This document shows positions 46,437 to 60,547 of a DNA stretch of 64,000 nt, piece after piece. Made by a program: the position numbers and the translations under genes. Below the pieces are notes generated by a model that saw only the letters and a list, made by a program, of their open reading frames with translations, did no database searches and was not told the DNA's origin. Source of the DNA: Eledone cirrhosa (Eukaryota); NCBI GenBank assembly GCA_964016885.1, contig OZ024756.1:30194001-30258000 (forward strand). Direction: 5' to 3'. Numbering within the stretch: position 1 is the stretch's first letter; every line of letters starts with the position of its first letter.

Positions 46437-47140
46437 GTCAAAGTAAACCATAAACTTATAATTGTTTCTAGTTTTGACACAAGGCCAGCAATTATCCCAG
46501 TGCATTACTGGTACTTTATTTTATCGACCCCGTAAGGATGAAAGGCAAAGTTGACCTCGGCGGGATTTGAACTCAGAATAGAAAGGGCCGTAACTCTATG
46601 CGTCAAAGTAAACCATAAACCTATAATTGTTTCTACTTTTGACACAAGGCCAGCAATTATCTCAGTGCATTACTGGTACTTTATTTTATCTACGCCGTAA
46701 GGATGAAAGGCAAAGTTGACCTCGGCGGGATTTGAACTTAGAATAGAAAGGGCCGTAACTCTATGCGTCAAAGTAAACCATAAACCTATAATTGTTTCTA
46801 CTTTTGGCACAAGGTCAGCAATTATCCCAGTGCATTACTGGTACTTTATTTTATCGACCCCGTAAGGATGAAAGGCAAAGTTGACCTCGGCGGGATTTGA
46901 ACTCAGAATAGAAAGGGCCGTAACTCTATGCGTCAAAGTAAACCATAAACCTATAATTGTTTCTACTTTTGGCACAAGGTCAGCAATTATCCCAGTGCAT
47001 TACTGGTACTTTATTTTATCGACCCCGTAAGGATGAAAGGCAAAGTTGACCTCGGCGGGATTTGAACTCAGAATAGAAAGGGCCGTAACTCTATGCTTCA
47101 AAGCATAGCGCCCGATCCTCTACCGATACTACCAATCCAA
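46437..47140 (-). repeat. Four 165-bp tandem units of SINE plus flank
   Basis: GTCAAAGTAAACCATAAAC starts at 46437, 46602, 46767 and 46932. Confidence 0.9.
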
Positions 47141-47379
47141 ACCTATAATATACACAGATCAGAGCTACACTGTAGAATGAAAAGTGTAAAATCACAACAC
47201 ACTCACTTGCTCGACAAAACAATCACAAGCCTGCACCAATTACTGGTATATAGTAGGGGCGCTGGAAGCGTTTCTGAATTGGGGGAGGGGCATTTAGACA
47301 ATTTGATTGTAGTGATTAGTTTAGCCCTTTGCACTCTGAAATGAGCAGAAGCTTCTATATGTGATAAACATAGCGTATA

Positions 47380-47547
47380 CCCTATTTCCCGGCGTCGAAG
47401 GCACTACTTTTTGCCTAAAATAAATCTAAAAAATCTACCCTGCGTCCTGGAGGCCGAAGTTTGTTTATAATTTTTTTTCAAAATTTTGGTTGTCAAAATT
47501 AGTGTGCAACCTCGAGGACGAAGCGTCTTCGGCGCCGGGAAATACAG
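47380..47547. mobile_element. Tc1/mariner-pogo-type MITE with TA TSD
   Basis: TA|CCCTATTTCCCGGCGTCGAAG ... CTTCGGCGCCGGGAAATACAG|TA, nested in a repeat also present uninterrupted at 20655-20790. Confidence 0.8.
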
Positions 47548-48067
47548 TACACAAATTGTAATGTTTTGGGATAAAATATACCCCCTATTTATCTGAAAGA
47601 GCGCACCGCCAAGAATTGAGCTCATTGCCTTACGAACGTGAACGTAAAACACTAACTAGTAAGCTACACAACCAGTTATATTATATTAGTATGCTAATGT
47701 TCTCATATACACCACGATATTAATTCATTCATAGTCGTCATAGATATATACATATATGTATATACATACATACATGCATAGATACATACACATACAGACA
47801 CCTTCAAACACACACACACACATATATATACATATACATAAACATAACAACATGCTAAACTATAAGTAGTATTGTATAATGGCGGATGAATTCTCTCTTC
47901 CACCCACATAATAAAATTACGCCTTCCCCAGTACTTCCATCCGCCAATGTTTTCGCATTATCTCTCTACATATTAACTAGATTTTCATTTAAAGCCATTT
48001 CCGGTTCCGCTTTGTTTTTCAAGCACATATTATATTATATTGTATTATACTATATTATATGATATTC

Positions 48068-48531
48068 GGTGGATTGGCAGTATCGGTAGAGAGTCGGACG
48101 CCATGCTTTACAGCATAGTTACGTCCCTTTACGGTCTGAGTTCAAATCCCGCCGAGGTTGACTTTGCCTTTCATCCTTACGGGGTCGATAAAATAAAGTA
48201 CCAGTAATGCACTGGATAATTTGCTGGCATTGTGCCAATAGTAGAAACAATTATATTATATTATATTGTCGTTAGAGCGTCAGACACCATGCTTTGCACC
48301 ATAGAGTTATGGCCCTTTACATACTGAGTTCAAATCCCACCGAAGTTAACTCGATACAATAAAGTACCAGTAATGCACTGGTGTAATTGCTGGCCTTGTG
48401 TCAACAATAGAAACATGAGTTCATATCCCGCCGAGGTTAACTTTGCCTTTCATCCTTACGAGGTCAATAAAATAAAGTACCAGTAATACACTGGGTGAAT
48501 TGCTGGTCTTATGCCAAAAGTAGAATCAATT
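48068..48531 (+). mobile_element. Three dominant SINE copies or fragments
   Basis: A/B boxes and core repeated. Confidence 0.85.
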
Positions 48532-48860
48532 ATATTATACTATGTTGTGTTCTGGTCTTCTGTCTTGAAATACTTTTGTCAGGGATTCCACCATTATCCC
48601 GCTACCTCCCTACTATCGATCAGTCCCGGATCATAAAATAATATTTCATGTGCACATATTATGATGTAATTAATGTGTGTATATATATATGTATATATAT
48701 GTGTAAATATGATAATAAGGGCGCTGCGGAGTTGCAAATGGGTTACATATGAAAAAAGTTTGTCCTTCATCAGTGATCTTCCAACCATCATAGGCATTTC
48801 ATCGCTTTAAAGACCATATCCCTCCGGTTGGTGCGAACAACGGCTAAAAAAAGTCGGTGG

Positions 48861-48952
<92 letters not shown>

Positions 48953-49003
48953 CTCGTGCTGAATCGGGAGAAACCACAGTAATTTATGTTCTTCAATACA
49001 TTA

Positions 49004-49052
49004 GTTTCCTGAAGATTTCATTCGTAAGAAACAGTTCTAGTCTTGTAGAAGC
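49004..49052 (+). ncRNA. Family E hammerhead motif (CTGAAGA core)
   Basis: GTTTC-CTGAAGA-TTTCATTCGTAA-GAAA-CAG TTCTAGTC TTG-TA-GAAGC, preceded by an inverted tail fragment at 48950-49003; stem II is weak. Confidence 0.6.
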
Positions 49053-49169
49053 CACTTCCATATTAAATTTGTTACATATATATATATGTGTGTGTGTGTG
49101 TGGGTAAACACACACACACACATCCATATATATATATGTATGTATGCATATATGTATATAGAGAATGTT

Positions 49170-49720
49170 TTTAGTCCTGCAGGATGTTTAAAGTCATCCT
49201 CCTCATCAAGAAACCTTGGTGGGGTTGCCAGTTTAGTCACCCGACCCGACCATGAGATAGGTTGTACTGGGATACATGTTACCAGTATCTTAAGAGTCAA
49301 TGGCCATCCAAAATCATGACCCCCCTTAGCCTTTGTCAAGGCAGAATTCTAGGAGAAGGAAAACTCTGATATAACACCTGCAACTCTGATGGTATCCAAT
49401 GATGTTGAATTGTTCTTCTTTTTGGTAAATATCATCTTGGTTAAGAGAGTGGGACTGGCTTTGTGCAGTGCCTTTGCTCACGATAAAAGCTTCACGGCAC
49501 AGGCATTTCTTTATATCTGGAGATCTCTCTGCACTTGTCGTCACATGGTACCATGGGCCCAGCACTATGTGTCAATAATTGTCACAAGTGTAGTGTTTGT
49601 ACCAGAGTTTTCAAGTCGCTGGCTGGACTAAAAAGTCACACTCGTTCAGCGCATGGGTAGGGGTTCTCCTACATGGATATAAAGTAGTGGCCGTACTCGA
49701 AAACGAGTTGGCAGCCAACA
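49170..49720 (+). mobile_element. About 550-bp non-autonomous RTE-derived element
   Basis: Near-identical to 32590-32998 (inverted); CTAGGAGAAGGAAAACTCTGA motif; no reverse transcriptase coding capacity. Confidence 0.7.
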
Positions 49721-49974
49721 TATGGAGAATGTAGTACATATACACATGCTTATACATCACAAACAAATTAGTAGCGATAATTCCGGTTCTACTCAGAAAT
49801 TCAGTTATTATAAGTGATAATGCCAAAGATTATTGATTTTACCATTTCTCTCTTAATAGCGATACTGCTTATCTGTTTTATCAACCTCCAGGAGCGGAGT
49901 ACACGAAAGTAGGCCACCCCAATCTGCTACTCAGAAATATTGAACAGTAATAAAAATTACTCCATCTGCTGCAC

Positions 49975-50590
49975 AAACACTACATCCAACACTTCAACCA
50001 ACACTACAATCAACACTACAACCAACACTTCAACCAACACTACAACCAACACTACAACCAACACTAAAACCAACACTACATCCAACACTACAACCAACAC
50101 TACAACCAACACTACAACCAACACTACAACCAACACTACATCCAACACTACAACCAACACATCAACCAACACTACAACCAACACTACAACCAACACTACA
50201 ACCAACACTCCAATCAACACTACAACCGACACTACAACCAACACTACAACCAACACTACATCCAACACTACAACCAACACATCAACCAACACTACAACCA
50301 ACACTACAACCAACACTAAAACCAACACTTCAATCAACACTACAACCAACACTACAACCAACACTACATCCAACACTACAACCAACACTACAAACAACAC
50401 TACAACCAACACTACAACCAACACTACAACCAACACTACAACCAACACTACAACCAACACTTCAACCAACACTACAACCAACACTACAACCAACACTACA
50501 ACCAACACTACAACCAACAATACAACCAACACTTCAACCAACACTACAACCAACACTACAACCAACACTACAACCAACACTACAAACAAC
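49975..50590. repeat. 12-bp satellite (ACCAACACTACA)n
   Basis: Direct reading. Confidence 0.95.
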
Positions 50591-51283
50591 ACACATATAT
50601 ATATTACTACTTATTTACATAAACGGAAAAGCACACACACACATATATATATATGTATGTAGGCAGTGAGTTAGACAGAGAAATTAATATAGATAGATAG
50701 ATATAGTTAGATAGATAGATAGTGTTAGTGTGAGAGAGAGAGAGAGAGAGAGAAAGAGAAAGAGAGAGAAAGAGAGAAAGAGAGAAAGAGAGAGAGAAAG
50801 ATAGATAGATTGATAGATAGATAGAGAGAGAGAGAGAGGAGAGAGAAACGGGAAAAAGCTAGACAGACATGATCAACTGAAAATAAATGTCTCTTGCATC
50901 AAAATGGTTTTCTATAAAACATTTTTTCTCGTAACGTATGGTTTCATTAATAGGAAAAGACAAGGACGCAAACAACACTAACACCAATATGAAGAACATC
51001 AACAATAACACCAACAGCAACGCCGACGTCATCACCAACAGCCACAACTATACCAACGAGACGAACATCACCAGCAACAACACCGTCATCTTAGAAACTC
51101 AATCAGCGACACCGCCAACCAACAAGAACAACTGCAGTAAGACTTGCACCAGCATCAATATCATTCCGCATCGCCACCTTCTTCTTCTTCTTCTTCTTCT
51201 TCTTCTTCTTCTTCTTCTTCTTCTTCTTCTTCTTCTTCTTCTTCTTCTTCTTCTACTACTACTACTACTACTACTACTAATAC

Positions 51284-51316
<33 letters not shown>

Positions 51317-51396
51317 AGGTAACAAGAGCCAACGTGTTGTAAAGCGGCTGGCGTCGTTGAACTGATTGGTTGAAGATAATTATATATATATATATA

Positions 51397-51491
<95 letters not shown>

Positions 51492-51690
51492 ATATATGTA
51501 ACGATTTACTATTCAAAACACGCAGTCGTTATCTCACATGGGCAAGTGTAGATATACATACACACATACACACGCATGCACACACACATACATACGCAGA
51601 CACACACACACACACATATATATTTTTTTTATGTCTCTTTCTCTCTCTTTTTCTCTCTCTATATATATACATATACATATATATATATTT

Positions 51691-51807
<117 letters not shown>

Positions 51808-51838
51808 TATATATATATTTATATATATATATAAATAA

Positions 51839-51925
<87 letters not shown>

Positions 51926-51929
51926 AAAA

Positions 51930-51970
<41 letters not shown>

Positions 51971-52033
51971 GTCCCAAGGCTGTGATACCATCAACACCAT
52001 AAACACAGAGCTGGCATATCTAACAACTGACTA

Positions 52034-52089
52034 ACTGCCTGATGAGGTCATAGCCACCCAATGGCTATCATTGAAATATATATAGCAGT
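52034..52089 (+). ncRNA. Type I hammerhead ribozyme motif, family F
   Basis: ACTGC-CTGATGA-GGTC ATAGCCA CCCAA TGGCTAT CATT-GAAA-TATATA-TA-GCAGT; perfect 5-bp stem I and palindromic stem III. Confidence 0.8.
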
Positions 52090-52130
52090 AAATAAAGGAT
52101 TATGAGTTCATGCAATTGACTTATGTTTCG

Positions 52131-52167
<37 letters not shown>

Positions 52168-52169
<2 letters not shown>

Positions 52170-52369
52170 GTTATTCCGCGTTGAATCGGAGGTAACCAGA
52201 GTAAGTAAGGTACTCAGTACATTGCAGAGTATAAAAGTTTTAATATAGATGAGATTCTACAGGACTAGAACTGTTTCATTCTTTAGAAATCACCAGGAAT
52301 CGCCTGATTCCTGATGATTTCTAAAGAATGAAACAGTTCTAGTCCTGTAGAATCTCATCTATATTAAAA

Positions 52370-52372
<3 letters not shown>
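52168..52372. mobile_element. Family E module with back-to-back HHRs
   Basis: Plus HHR 52306-52354 is intact; minus copy 52253-52301 has CTGGTGA; arms 52235-52301 and 52306-52372. Confidence 0.8.
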
Positions 52373-52421
<49 letters not shown>

Positions 52422-52964
52422 TATATTCTATTATTTATATAAATATATATAGAGAGAGAGAGAGAAATATATATATATTTTTATTTATATAAATAATAGA
52501 ATTTGAAACAAAGTCAGTAGATTAAATTTCTATATTTCCCTACGTGATGTAAATTTCTGATCCTTCCAGAATATTAATTACGTTTGCAATGTCTCACTAT
52601 AAAATGGTTTATACCAATATGTAATAATACTATCTAAGGCTTGTGATAATTGTAGATAAAACTCGGATTTATTATGTCATGTGGTAGAAATGACTCATGA
52701 AATCAAGCAACATGAATGGTACTTACTGCAACTCAGCTATTAGCAAACATAACAGATAGGAAAATATACATACTATAATGTATATTATATTTCATGTTGA
52801 TAGAAGAAACTATTATAGGAGAGTTGCAATGTATATCTGTGAAGATATATCACCCCTAGTACTACTGTCGTACCACTACTTAGAGTGTGACAGAGTAATA
52901 ATAAATATGAAGCAACTTAAAATGGTTATATGTATCACATAAAGGCCACGACACCCTCCAAATA

Positions 52965-53170
52965 AATGTTTCTATTTTAGGCACAAGGGCAGCAATTTTG
53001 GGGGAGCGAAAAGTCGATTAAATCGACCCCAGTACGTTACTGGTACTTTATTTTATCGACCCCGTAAGGATGAAAGGCAAAGTTAACCTCGGTGGGATTT
53101 GAACTCAGACCGTAAAGGACCGTAACTCTATACTGCAAAGCATGGTTTCCGACTCTACCGATACTGCCAT
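52965..53170 (-). mobile_element. Dominant SINE copy, long-middle variant
   Basis: Core match plus GTCGATTAAATCGACCCCAG insert. Confidence 0.85.
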
Positions 53171-53194
53171 GGTTTGTACTTTATTTTATAGACA

Positions 53195-53510
53195 CCAAAG
53201 ACCTCGTCAGGCGCATCTTGAGTGAAAAGCAAATATGGTAATATCTCGAGGTTCAAGGCCTCACAGGTCTTTAAAACTCTGTCATAAAATCTCTGATCTT
53301 CATGGGTAAATGGAGATGTTTTCATGAAGATTCTCGACATTTTGCTATCAAAGAGGCCGGAGGATCGTACAACTCGCCAAGAACACAAAAGAAGTCAGCA
53401 GTGCAACAGTGTTACACATTCTCTCATGTATCTATGGTCAACTAATGAAAGACGGCTAAAGACAATACACGTGATCCACTATAGCCTCAAAACTTTGGCT
53501 GGAACAGATA
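53195..53510 (-). pseudogene. Possible mariner transposase relic
   Basis: LKTCEALNLEILPYLLFTQDAPD loosely resembles mariner LGWEVLPHPPYSPDLAPSD; highly degenerate. Confidence 0.35.
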
Positions 53511-53528
53511 AAAGATGAAAGATAAAAG

Positions 53529-53619
<91 letters not shown>

Positions 53620-53620
53620 T

Positions 53621-53669
<49 letters not shown>

Positions 53670-53724
53670 TACATAGATAAATATAGATATAGATATAGAT
53701 GTTTATATGTAAGAATGTTTGTAC

Positions 53725-53782
<58 letters not shown>

Positions 53783-53783
53783 G

Positions 53784-53908
<125 letters not shown>

Positions 53909-53982
53909 ATATACCTATATACATATATACATATATACATATATATATATATACCTATATACCTATATACCTATATACATAT

Positions 53983-54049
<67 letters not shown>

Positions 54050-54644
54050 CATAATTATATACATATGTACATATACAAATATATATACATACATATATAT
54101 ATATATATATACATATATATATACATATATATATATATACATATGTACATATACATACATATATATATATACATAAATATATATATATATGTATACATAT
54201 ATATATATATATATTTATGTGTGTGTGTGTGTGTGTTTATATAGAAGGAGTGTGAGTGTTCTGTTCGTTTATCCTTAAGAACAAAGACAATGACAGTCTT
54301 CATAAATCTTTGAAGACTGAGCAATGATATGGATATCAAAGTGAATCAAGAAATTTGCAAGTTTTCTTTCATTCAAAAGGAGAAATCATCAGAACTATTT
54401 ATTTGGCAGTATCAGTCAGTATCTGTCAGTCTGGCTGACTGTCTGTCGGTCTGTCTGTCTTTCTTTCTGGCTGTCTATCTGTCCGTTATGTTTGTCTTGA
54501 TTTCATTCTTTGCATTGGCAGTATCAGTAGAGGGTTGGACGCCATGCTTTGCAGCTTAGAGTTACGGCCCTTTATGATCTGAATTTTCCCAAAATTCATC
54601 ATCATCAGCATCACCAGTATCATAATAATAATAGCCTGCTGCTG

Positions 54645-54763
<119 letters not shown>

Positions 54764-54833
54764 CCTCTACTACATACCCTCTTCCTTCTTTGCTATAATT
54801 ATTTTGTCATGTGTGCAATTATATTATACATAC

Positions 54834-54864
<31 letters not shown>

Positions 54865-54867
54865 TAT

Positions 54868-54942
<75 letters not shown>

Positions 54943-55046
54943 AGTATATCTATCTATATATATATGTATATATATATATATATGTATCTATAGTATCTCT
55001 ATATATTTATGTATCTATATATATATGTATAAATACATATATACAT

Positions 55047-55105
<59 letters not shown>

Positions 55106-55447
55106 AATGGGTTTATAGAAACATATAAATGTAATTGTGTTTATATAAATATATAAATATATATATATATATATATACACATACACACACTCACATCACA
55201 TACACACACACACATATATACATACACACACACATATATATATATAGAAAAATAAACCCATTACAACAACAATAGAATTAATTTATTTAAATTTGGTAAG
55301 AAATTATTACAGTTATTGTTTCAGATATATTTTATATTATTCCTTACTGAAACGATTGTCGAAATAGTTTGAAGATTTCGTAATTTAATTTCTCTTTTTC
55401 CTCTCTTCATTTATTTCATTCCATTTATTATCTGGTACTATTTGTGG

Positions 55448-55840
55448 GTAGATTGGCAGTATCGGTAGAGGGTCGGACGCCATGCTTTGTAGCACAGTTA
55501 CGTCCCTTTACGGACTGAGTTCAAATCCCGCCGAGGTTAACTTTGCCTTTCATCCTTACGGGGTCGATAAAATAAAGTACCAGTAATACACTGGGATAAT
55601 TGCTGGCCTTGTGCCAAAAAGTAGAAACAATTATTTGTGGAATGGCAGTATCGGTAGAGAGTCGGACACCATGCTTTGAAGCATAGAGTTACGTCCCTTT
55701 ATGATCTGAATTCAAATCCCGCCGAGGTTAACTTTGTCTTTCATCCTTACGTGGTCGATAAAATAAAGTACCAGTAATGCACTGGGATAATTGCTGGCCT
55801 TGTGCCAAAAGTAGAAACAATTATTATTATTATTATTATT
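55448..55840 (+). mobile_element. Two tandem full-length dominant SINEs
   Basis: A box TGGCAGTATCGG (55454), B box GAGTTCAAATCC (55517), (ATT)n tail. Confidence 0.9.
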
Positions 55841-56554
55841 GGTTTTGAACGAGTGCAGGTGTATTTACCTCCTCATCCCTGTCTCCTTCCTTTTCTCTGT
55901 TGATTCGTTTTGTGGACGACTATGTTTTTCCATATATATATTTTTTTAATTTGGAAAATAATTTTCCTTGTGCAAACCTGTCTTCAATGCTGGGGACTTT
56001 TTAATTAATTAATTTTCGACCCATTTAGAAAATGAAATATACTCTATTGACAATTTTGTTTATTTGATTTTTATTTTATAAATTTTGTTCGGCGTGACGC
56101 CGTTGTGTATAATCACCCCCCTCTTTTTGATGTTTTTGATGTTTTTTTAAAACTTTCTTATCAACTCACCACACTTTCACAAGGTACATATTTTTCATTT
56201 AATGTTTTGTTGTTGTTGAAAAAAAAAATAAAACAAAAGAAAGCAAAGAATAATTGAAAGTTATTTGAAAATTTTGAATATTTTAAAAAGTTTGATTAGT
56301 TTCGCAATGGCGTCAAGTCAAACGAAATAATCCCCACAAGACGAGCAAAATAAATATACACGTCTATGAATACACATACAACACAAATGTGAAATTTAAA
56401 TATATATAAAAAAAAAAAAATAGAGAAACATAAACACCTTTTAAAAACAAAACCTCTGTATTTTGGGGAAAAAATATCAATAATTATATAGAAATGGTGT
56501 TAGGAAATTATTAGGTGTGGTGGTGTTTGTCTCCCTTGTGTTGTTCTTTTTCTC

Positions 56555-56722
56555 TCCTTCTTCGCTTACTTATTCCCGAGAGAGTCGTGGGGGGCAGCGT
56601 CCTCAAACACTCCTTCCAGCGGGTCCTGTTAGTAGCAACCGCCTCCAACTGATCCAACTGGATCCCCAAGCGAGACCAACCAAGCTGTTGGATGTTATCT
56701 AACCATCTTGCTCGGGGCACCG
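56555..56722 (-). mobile_element. RTE LINE 3' end
   Basis: PRARWLDNIQQLGWSRLGIQLDQLEAVATNRTRWKECLRTLPP; homologous to 15520-15655. Confidence 0.8.
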
Positions 56723-57400
56723 CCATTCTTTACTCCAAAATTTATTTACTCCTCCTTTTTTGTCTGGGGGTATGTTTCACGACACTTCTCCATTCAAATC
56801 TTGAATGAACCTAATTTGGTCTGTCTTAAATGACCTTTTGTGTCGAAATGGTTCAATTCTGCTGTTATATCTTCTACACGCCGCGGCTTTTGCTTTAATT
56901 CTTTGCTTTAGTCTTCCAATAACTTTCCTGTAACCTTTTTGTTCCAGTCAGTACTTCTTTAAGGCATCTGTAAATCTAATGTTTATCTTTCCATTTTTCT
57001 TGATAATCTCAATATGTAGCTGTCGAAACAGCCGGAATTCAACGTCGGCGTCCTGAATCTTTACAAATTAACCACTCTACTACTCCAAGTATCGAGTACT
57101 CTGGTGGGTTCGGTCTAGCTGGTTTTTACCACACTCTATCTAATCTTAATCCTAGCAATGTCTTTCCTCAACTAATCAAACTTTCCTTGCATGTGTCTCT
57201 TACACCATAATTCCTTTGGCTGCTTTTCATGTGCTGTCTTACCGATACTTTCAGCGACAACCATTGCTGCAGTATATACAAGGTTATTCGTCATGTTGAT
57301 GTCAGCACTTATTAACTACGTGGATTTCTGCCAAAATATTCTCTCTTCTAATCTATCTGAGTAATCCCTCTGGCTACTTTGACTCTCTAATATCATGGAT
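56723..57400 (-). pseudogene. R4/Dong-clade retrotransposon ORF relic (region N-terminal to the RT domain)
   Basis: DINMTNNLVYTAAMVVAESIG...ELWCKRHMQGKFD*LRKDIARI and LKQRIKAKAAACRRYNSRIEPFRHKRSFKTDQIRFIQDLNG...PD...KFWSKEW. Confidence 0.75.
57016..57136 (+). mobile_element. Old family H fragment inserted in the R4/Dong relic
   Basis: GCTGTCGAAACAGCC...CGTCGG...CCACTCTACTACTCCAAGTATCGAGTACTCTGGTG. Confidence 0.65.
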
Positions 57401-57627
57401 CCTTCTTGCTACTGCAAGTAGTTCCTCCTTTGAGAAGTTGTCAAAAGCATCACTGTGACGATGTAAAAGTTTTTATTTAAAGTCATTTTACCCAATTAGT
57501 CTCTCTGTCTTCAACCTCTTCACCAAGATATCTGCGGTAATTGTTTATCCTAAGCTAGCCATGGCATTAGTCTCAGTCACATATATTTGTATTTTATTTC
57601 TCCTATTTGTACATCATTAATTTATCC

Positions 57628-58478
57628 TTGCCATTCTGAGTTCAAATCCCGCCGAGGTTAACTTTGCCTTTCATCCTTACGGGGTCGATAAAATAAAGTA
57701 CCAGTAATGCACTAGGTAATTGCTGGCCTTGTGCCAAAAGTAGAAACAATTAATTTATCCTTTTTTTTCTTTATCTCACATACCTGCTCACTGAAGCGTT
57801 GCTATGTAACTTCAAACATTCTTTTGTCTACCTATATCTGCCATACGTCTCATATGTTCACGGTTCACTACTTAGATAACATTCCATCACAGTAAAATTG
57901 AGATCATTCCATTCACTTAGCAGTTATTAAAGGACAACTAGGTCGACTCTGCTGTACAGTGGAACACCTGTCAGGTGAGAGACTCTCCATGCTCTCAGTT
58001 CCAGTCTCATTCACGCTGTTGCTTAATGAATTGTTTAAAGGTATTTAATTAACTCATGGTGAGCTTTGTGGTGATAAAGTATCACAACCACCAGGAACTT
58101 TTTTCAAGACACCATCTCTTTTTGTAACCCTCGGTGGTCTCCCCTTCTATTGGGGAATGTTTTCTTTTGTTTTAATTTTAATGTTTTTGTTATCGTTTCT
58201 TGTTTCTTGTTTTTAAACGCAGAAACCTGTCTTGTAACGTTCTTTACTGTCCTTAATGTATGTTTTGTAAACCCTTTGTACTTAACATCATCATCCTCAT
58301 CATCATCCTCTTCATCATCATCATCATCATCATCACAAAGTTAATCTCGCCGAGGTTAACCTTGCTTTTCATCCTTAGGGGGTCGATAAAATAAAGTACC
58401 AGTCACGGACTGGTGTCGATTTAATCGACTTTCCCCTCCCTCAAAATTGCTGGCCTTGTGCTTAAATCAGAAACCATT
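57628..58478 (+). mobile_element. SINE copies (57628-57751, 58345-58478) and a Tx1-like 3'UTR (58120-58285)
   Basis: Core matches; GTAACCCTCGGTGGTCTCCCCTTCTATTGGGGAAT is the reverse complement of the 38875-38910 motif. Confidence 0.7.
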
Positions 58479-58801
58479 ATTTTAATCATCATAATCATCA
58501 TCATCATCACCACCACGATCATTGTCGGCGTCGTCGTCGTCATTATTACTATTATCATTCTTATAGTTAAATCAAACCTAAAACTACAAAAAAAAAAAAA
58601 AAAATTCCACGAACAAAAAAAAAAAATATAAAACAATAATAAATAAATAAAGACCACAAAATGAGTTTACCATCAATCACAAAATATTTTTTTGGATTTC
58701 TTCCACTGTTTCAGTGGATGTTTTTTTCTGGTTCTCGCAATACTTATGTTGTATAAATTGTTTTGTGGGTATTTGTTTTCCTTATTTCCTTCACTTGTAG
58801 T

Positions 58802-58832
<31 letters not shown>

Positions 58833-59110
58833 TTTGTTTGTTTGTTTGTTAATATATTTCTACATTTTACAATGTATATTATTATCTATATAATTTACTG
58901 AACGTGTTGGATATTGAAGTGAAAAATAAACACGCAGTCATACACACACACACATACACATACACATATATATGTGTGTGTATCTGTGTGCGCGTATGTA
59001 TGTGTGTATGTGTATGTATATAAACATTGGTTAAACTCCACTAGATGACTTACAGCTTACTTAATGAACTCCTATATCCGTTTGGCTGTAAAACATATAC
59101 ACATGAACGA

Positions 59111-59189
<79 letters not shown>

Positions 59190-59191
59190 TG

Positions 59192-59235
<44 letters not shown>

Positions 59236-59359
59236 TATATGTATGTATATATATATATATATATATGATATTTAAACCAATAAACATCGAAGTTTGTCAT
59301 GTCAGCAGTAAATAATCTATAACGCGAAAATATTTATCAAGAACTATTTAGCCTCTCAG

Positions 59360-60240
59360 AGTACTCTTACGTGTAGAATCTCTGTCGGTTATGACGGGGA
59401 GTGACGGAGATGTTCGAATAATTAAGCACCCTGCTCACGATATTAACGAGCACCCCTAAGTTGAGTATTCCACTGACATATGTACCAGGAACGTAATCTT
59501 CAGGGAAATTCAACGTCCCAATATATGACAAAGATGGTCCTTTTATTTACAAGTAAACTCCATCCTTCTTTTTACACAATAAATGTCGGATCATTCCACA
59601 GACACGTGTACCCTTAACGTAAACCTCAGGGAGATTTAGCGTGGCACAGTGTGTGTGAGAAAACAGACCAATTGAATTACAGGTACAGTCGGTCTTGTAT
59701 TATAGTTCATAAGGGCGGTGAATTGGCAGTATCGGTAGAGGGTTGGATACCATGCTTTCTAGCATAGTTACGTCCCTTTACAGTCTGAGTTCAAATCCCG
59801 CCGAGGTTAACTTTGCCTTTCATCCTTACGGGGTCGATAAAATAAAGTACCAGTAATGTACTGGGTAATTGCTGGCCTTGTGCCTAAAGTAGAAACAATT
59901 ATAGTTTATATGGCTGGTCCTTCCACAGATACGTGTACCCTTAATATAAACCTCAGGGAGATTCAGTATAGTGTAGTGTGAATGAGGAGGCTGACCTTTG
60001 AATTAAAGGTACAATCCATCAGCTAGTTTAGTATATATAACTGGCCCTTTCCCAGATACGCGAGTCGTTAATGTATCTTTCAATATGATTGGGAGTAATA
60101 GAATGTATATGACAAGGCTGGCCTTCTTTAAATCATATTAACAATTCATTATCCTCACCCGAGCGGGCTGAACTGCAGGAAACATACAAGACACTACAGG
60201 GAACCGAGTTCATGACCGTATTATCCTATACTTGACATAA
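59360..60240. mobile_element. Four degenerate tandem units of a third SINE-like repeat with a dominant SINE (59714-59900) inserted
   Basis: CCACAGAYACGTGTACCCTTAAYRTAAACCTCAGGGAGATTYAG-like unit recurs at about 59470, 59596, 59922 and 60050. Confidence 0.65.
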
Positions 60241-60380
60241 TTGCCACCCAGCCATATGCCTTCAGTCCGGACTATATAAACGCAGAAAAACTCGGTTGAG
60301 TTTTATTAGATTTTTATGATTAATGTCAGCCATATTAAAATCAGTTTCAACCAGGAATATTTAAAGGAAGCACGGACAAG

Positions 60381-60547
60381 ACATCATATATGAAACAATA
60401 ATGGACATCATATATGAAACAATAATGGACATCATATATGAAACAATAATGGACATCATATATGAAACAATAATGGACATCATATATGAAACAATAATGG
60501 ACATCATATATGAAACAATAATGGACATCATATATGAAACAATAATG
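60381..60547. repeat. 24-bp tandem repeat (ACATCATATATGAAACAATAATGG) x7
   Basis: Perfect copies at 24-bp spacing; followed by a SINE at 60548-60725. Confidence 0.95.

Noticed and set aside
48755-48810. Possible type II hammerhead on the minus strand
   Set aside because: Stems II and III do not pair.
49940-50662. NTTT-repeat ORF
   Set aside because: 12-bp satellite without gene context.
53192-53237. AG/GT-bounded candidate exon
   Set aside because: The acceptor derives from a SINE core fragment and the region overlaps a possible mariner relic.
55448-55535. tRNA gene
   Set aside because: The A/B boxes belong to SINE heads and no cloverleaf can be formed.
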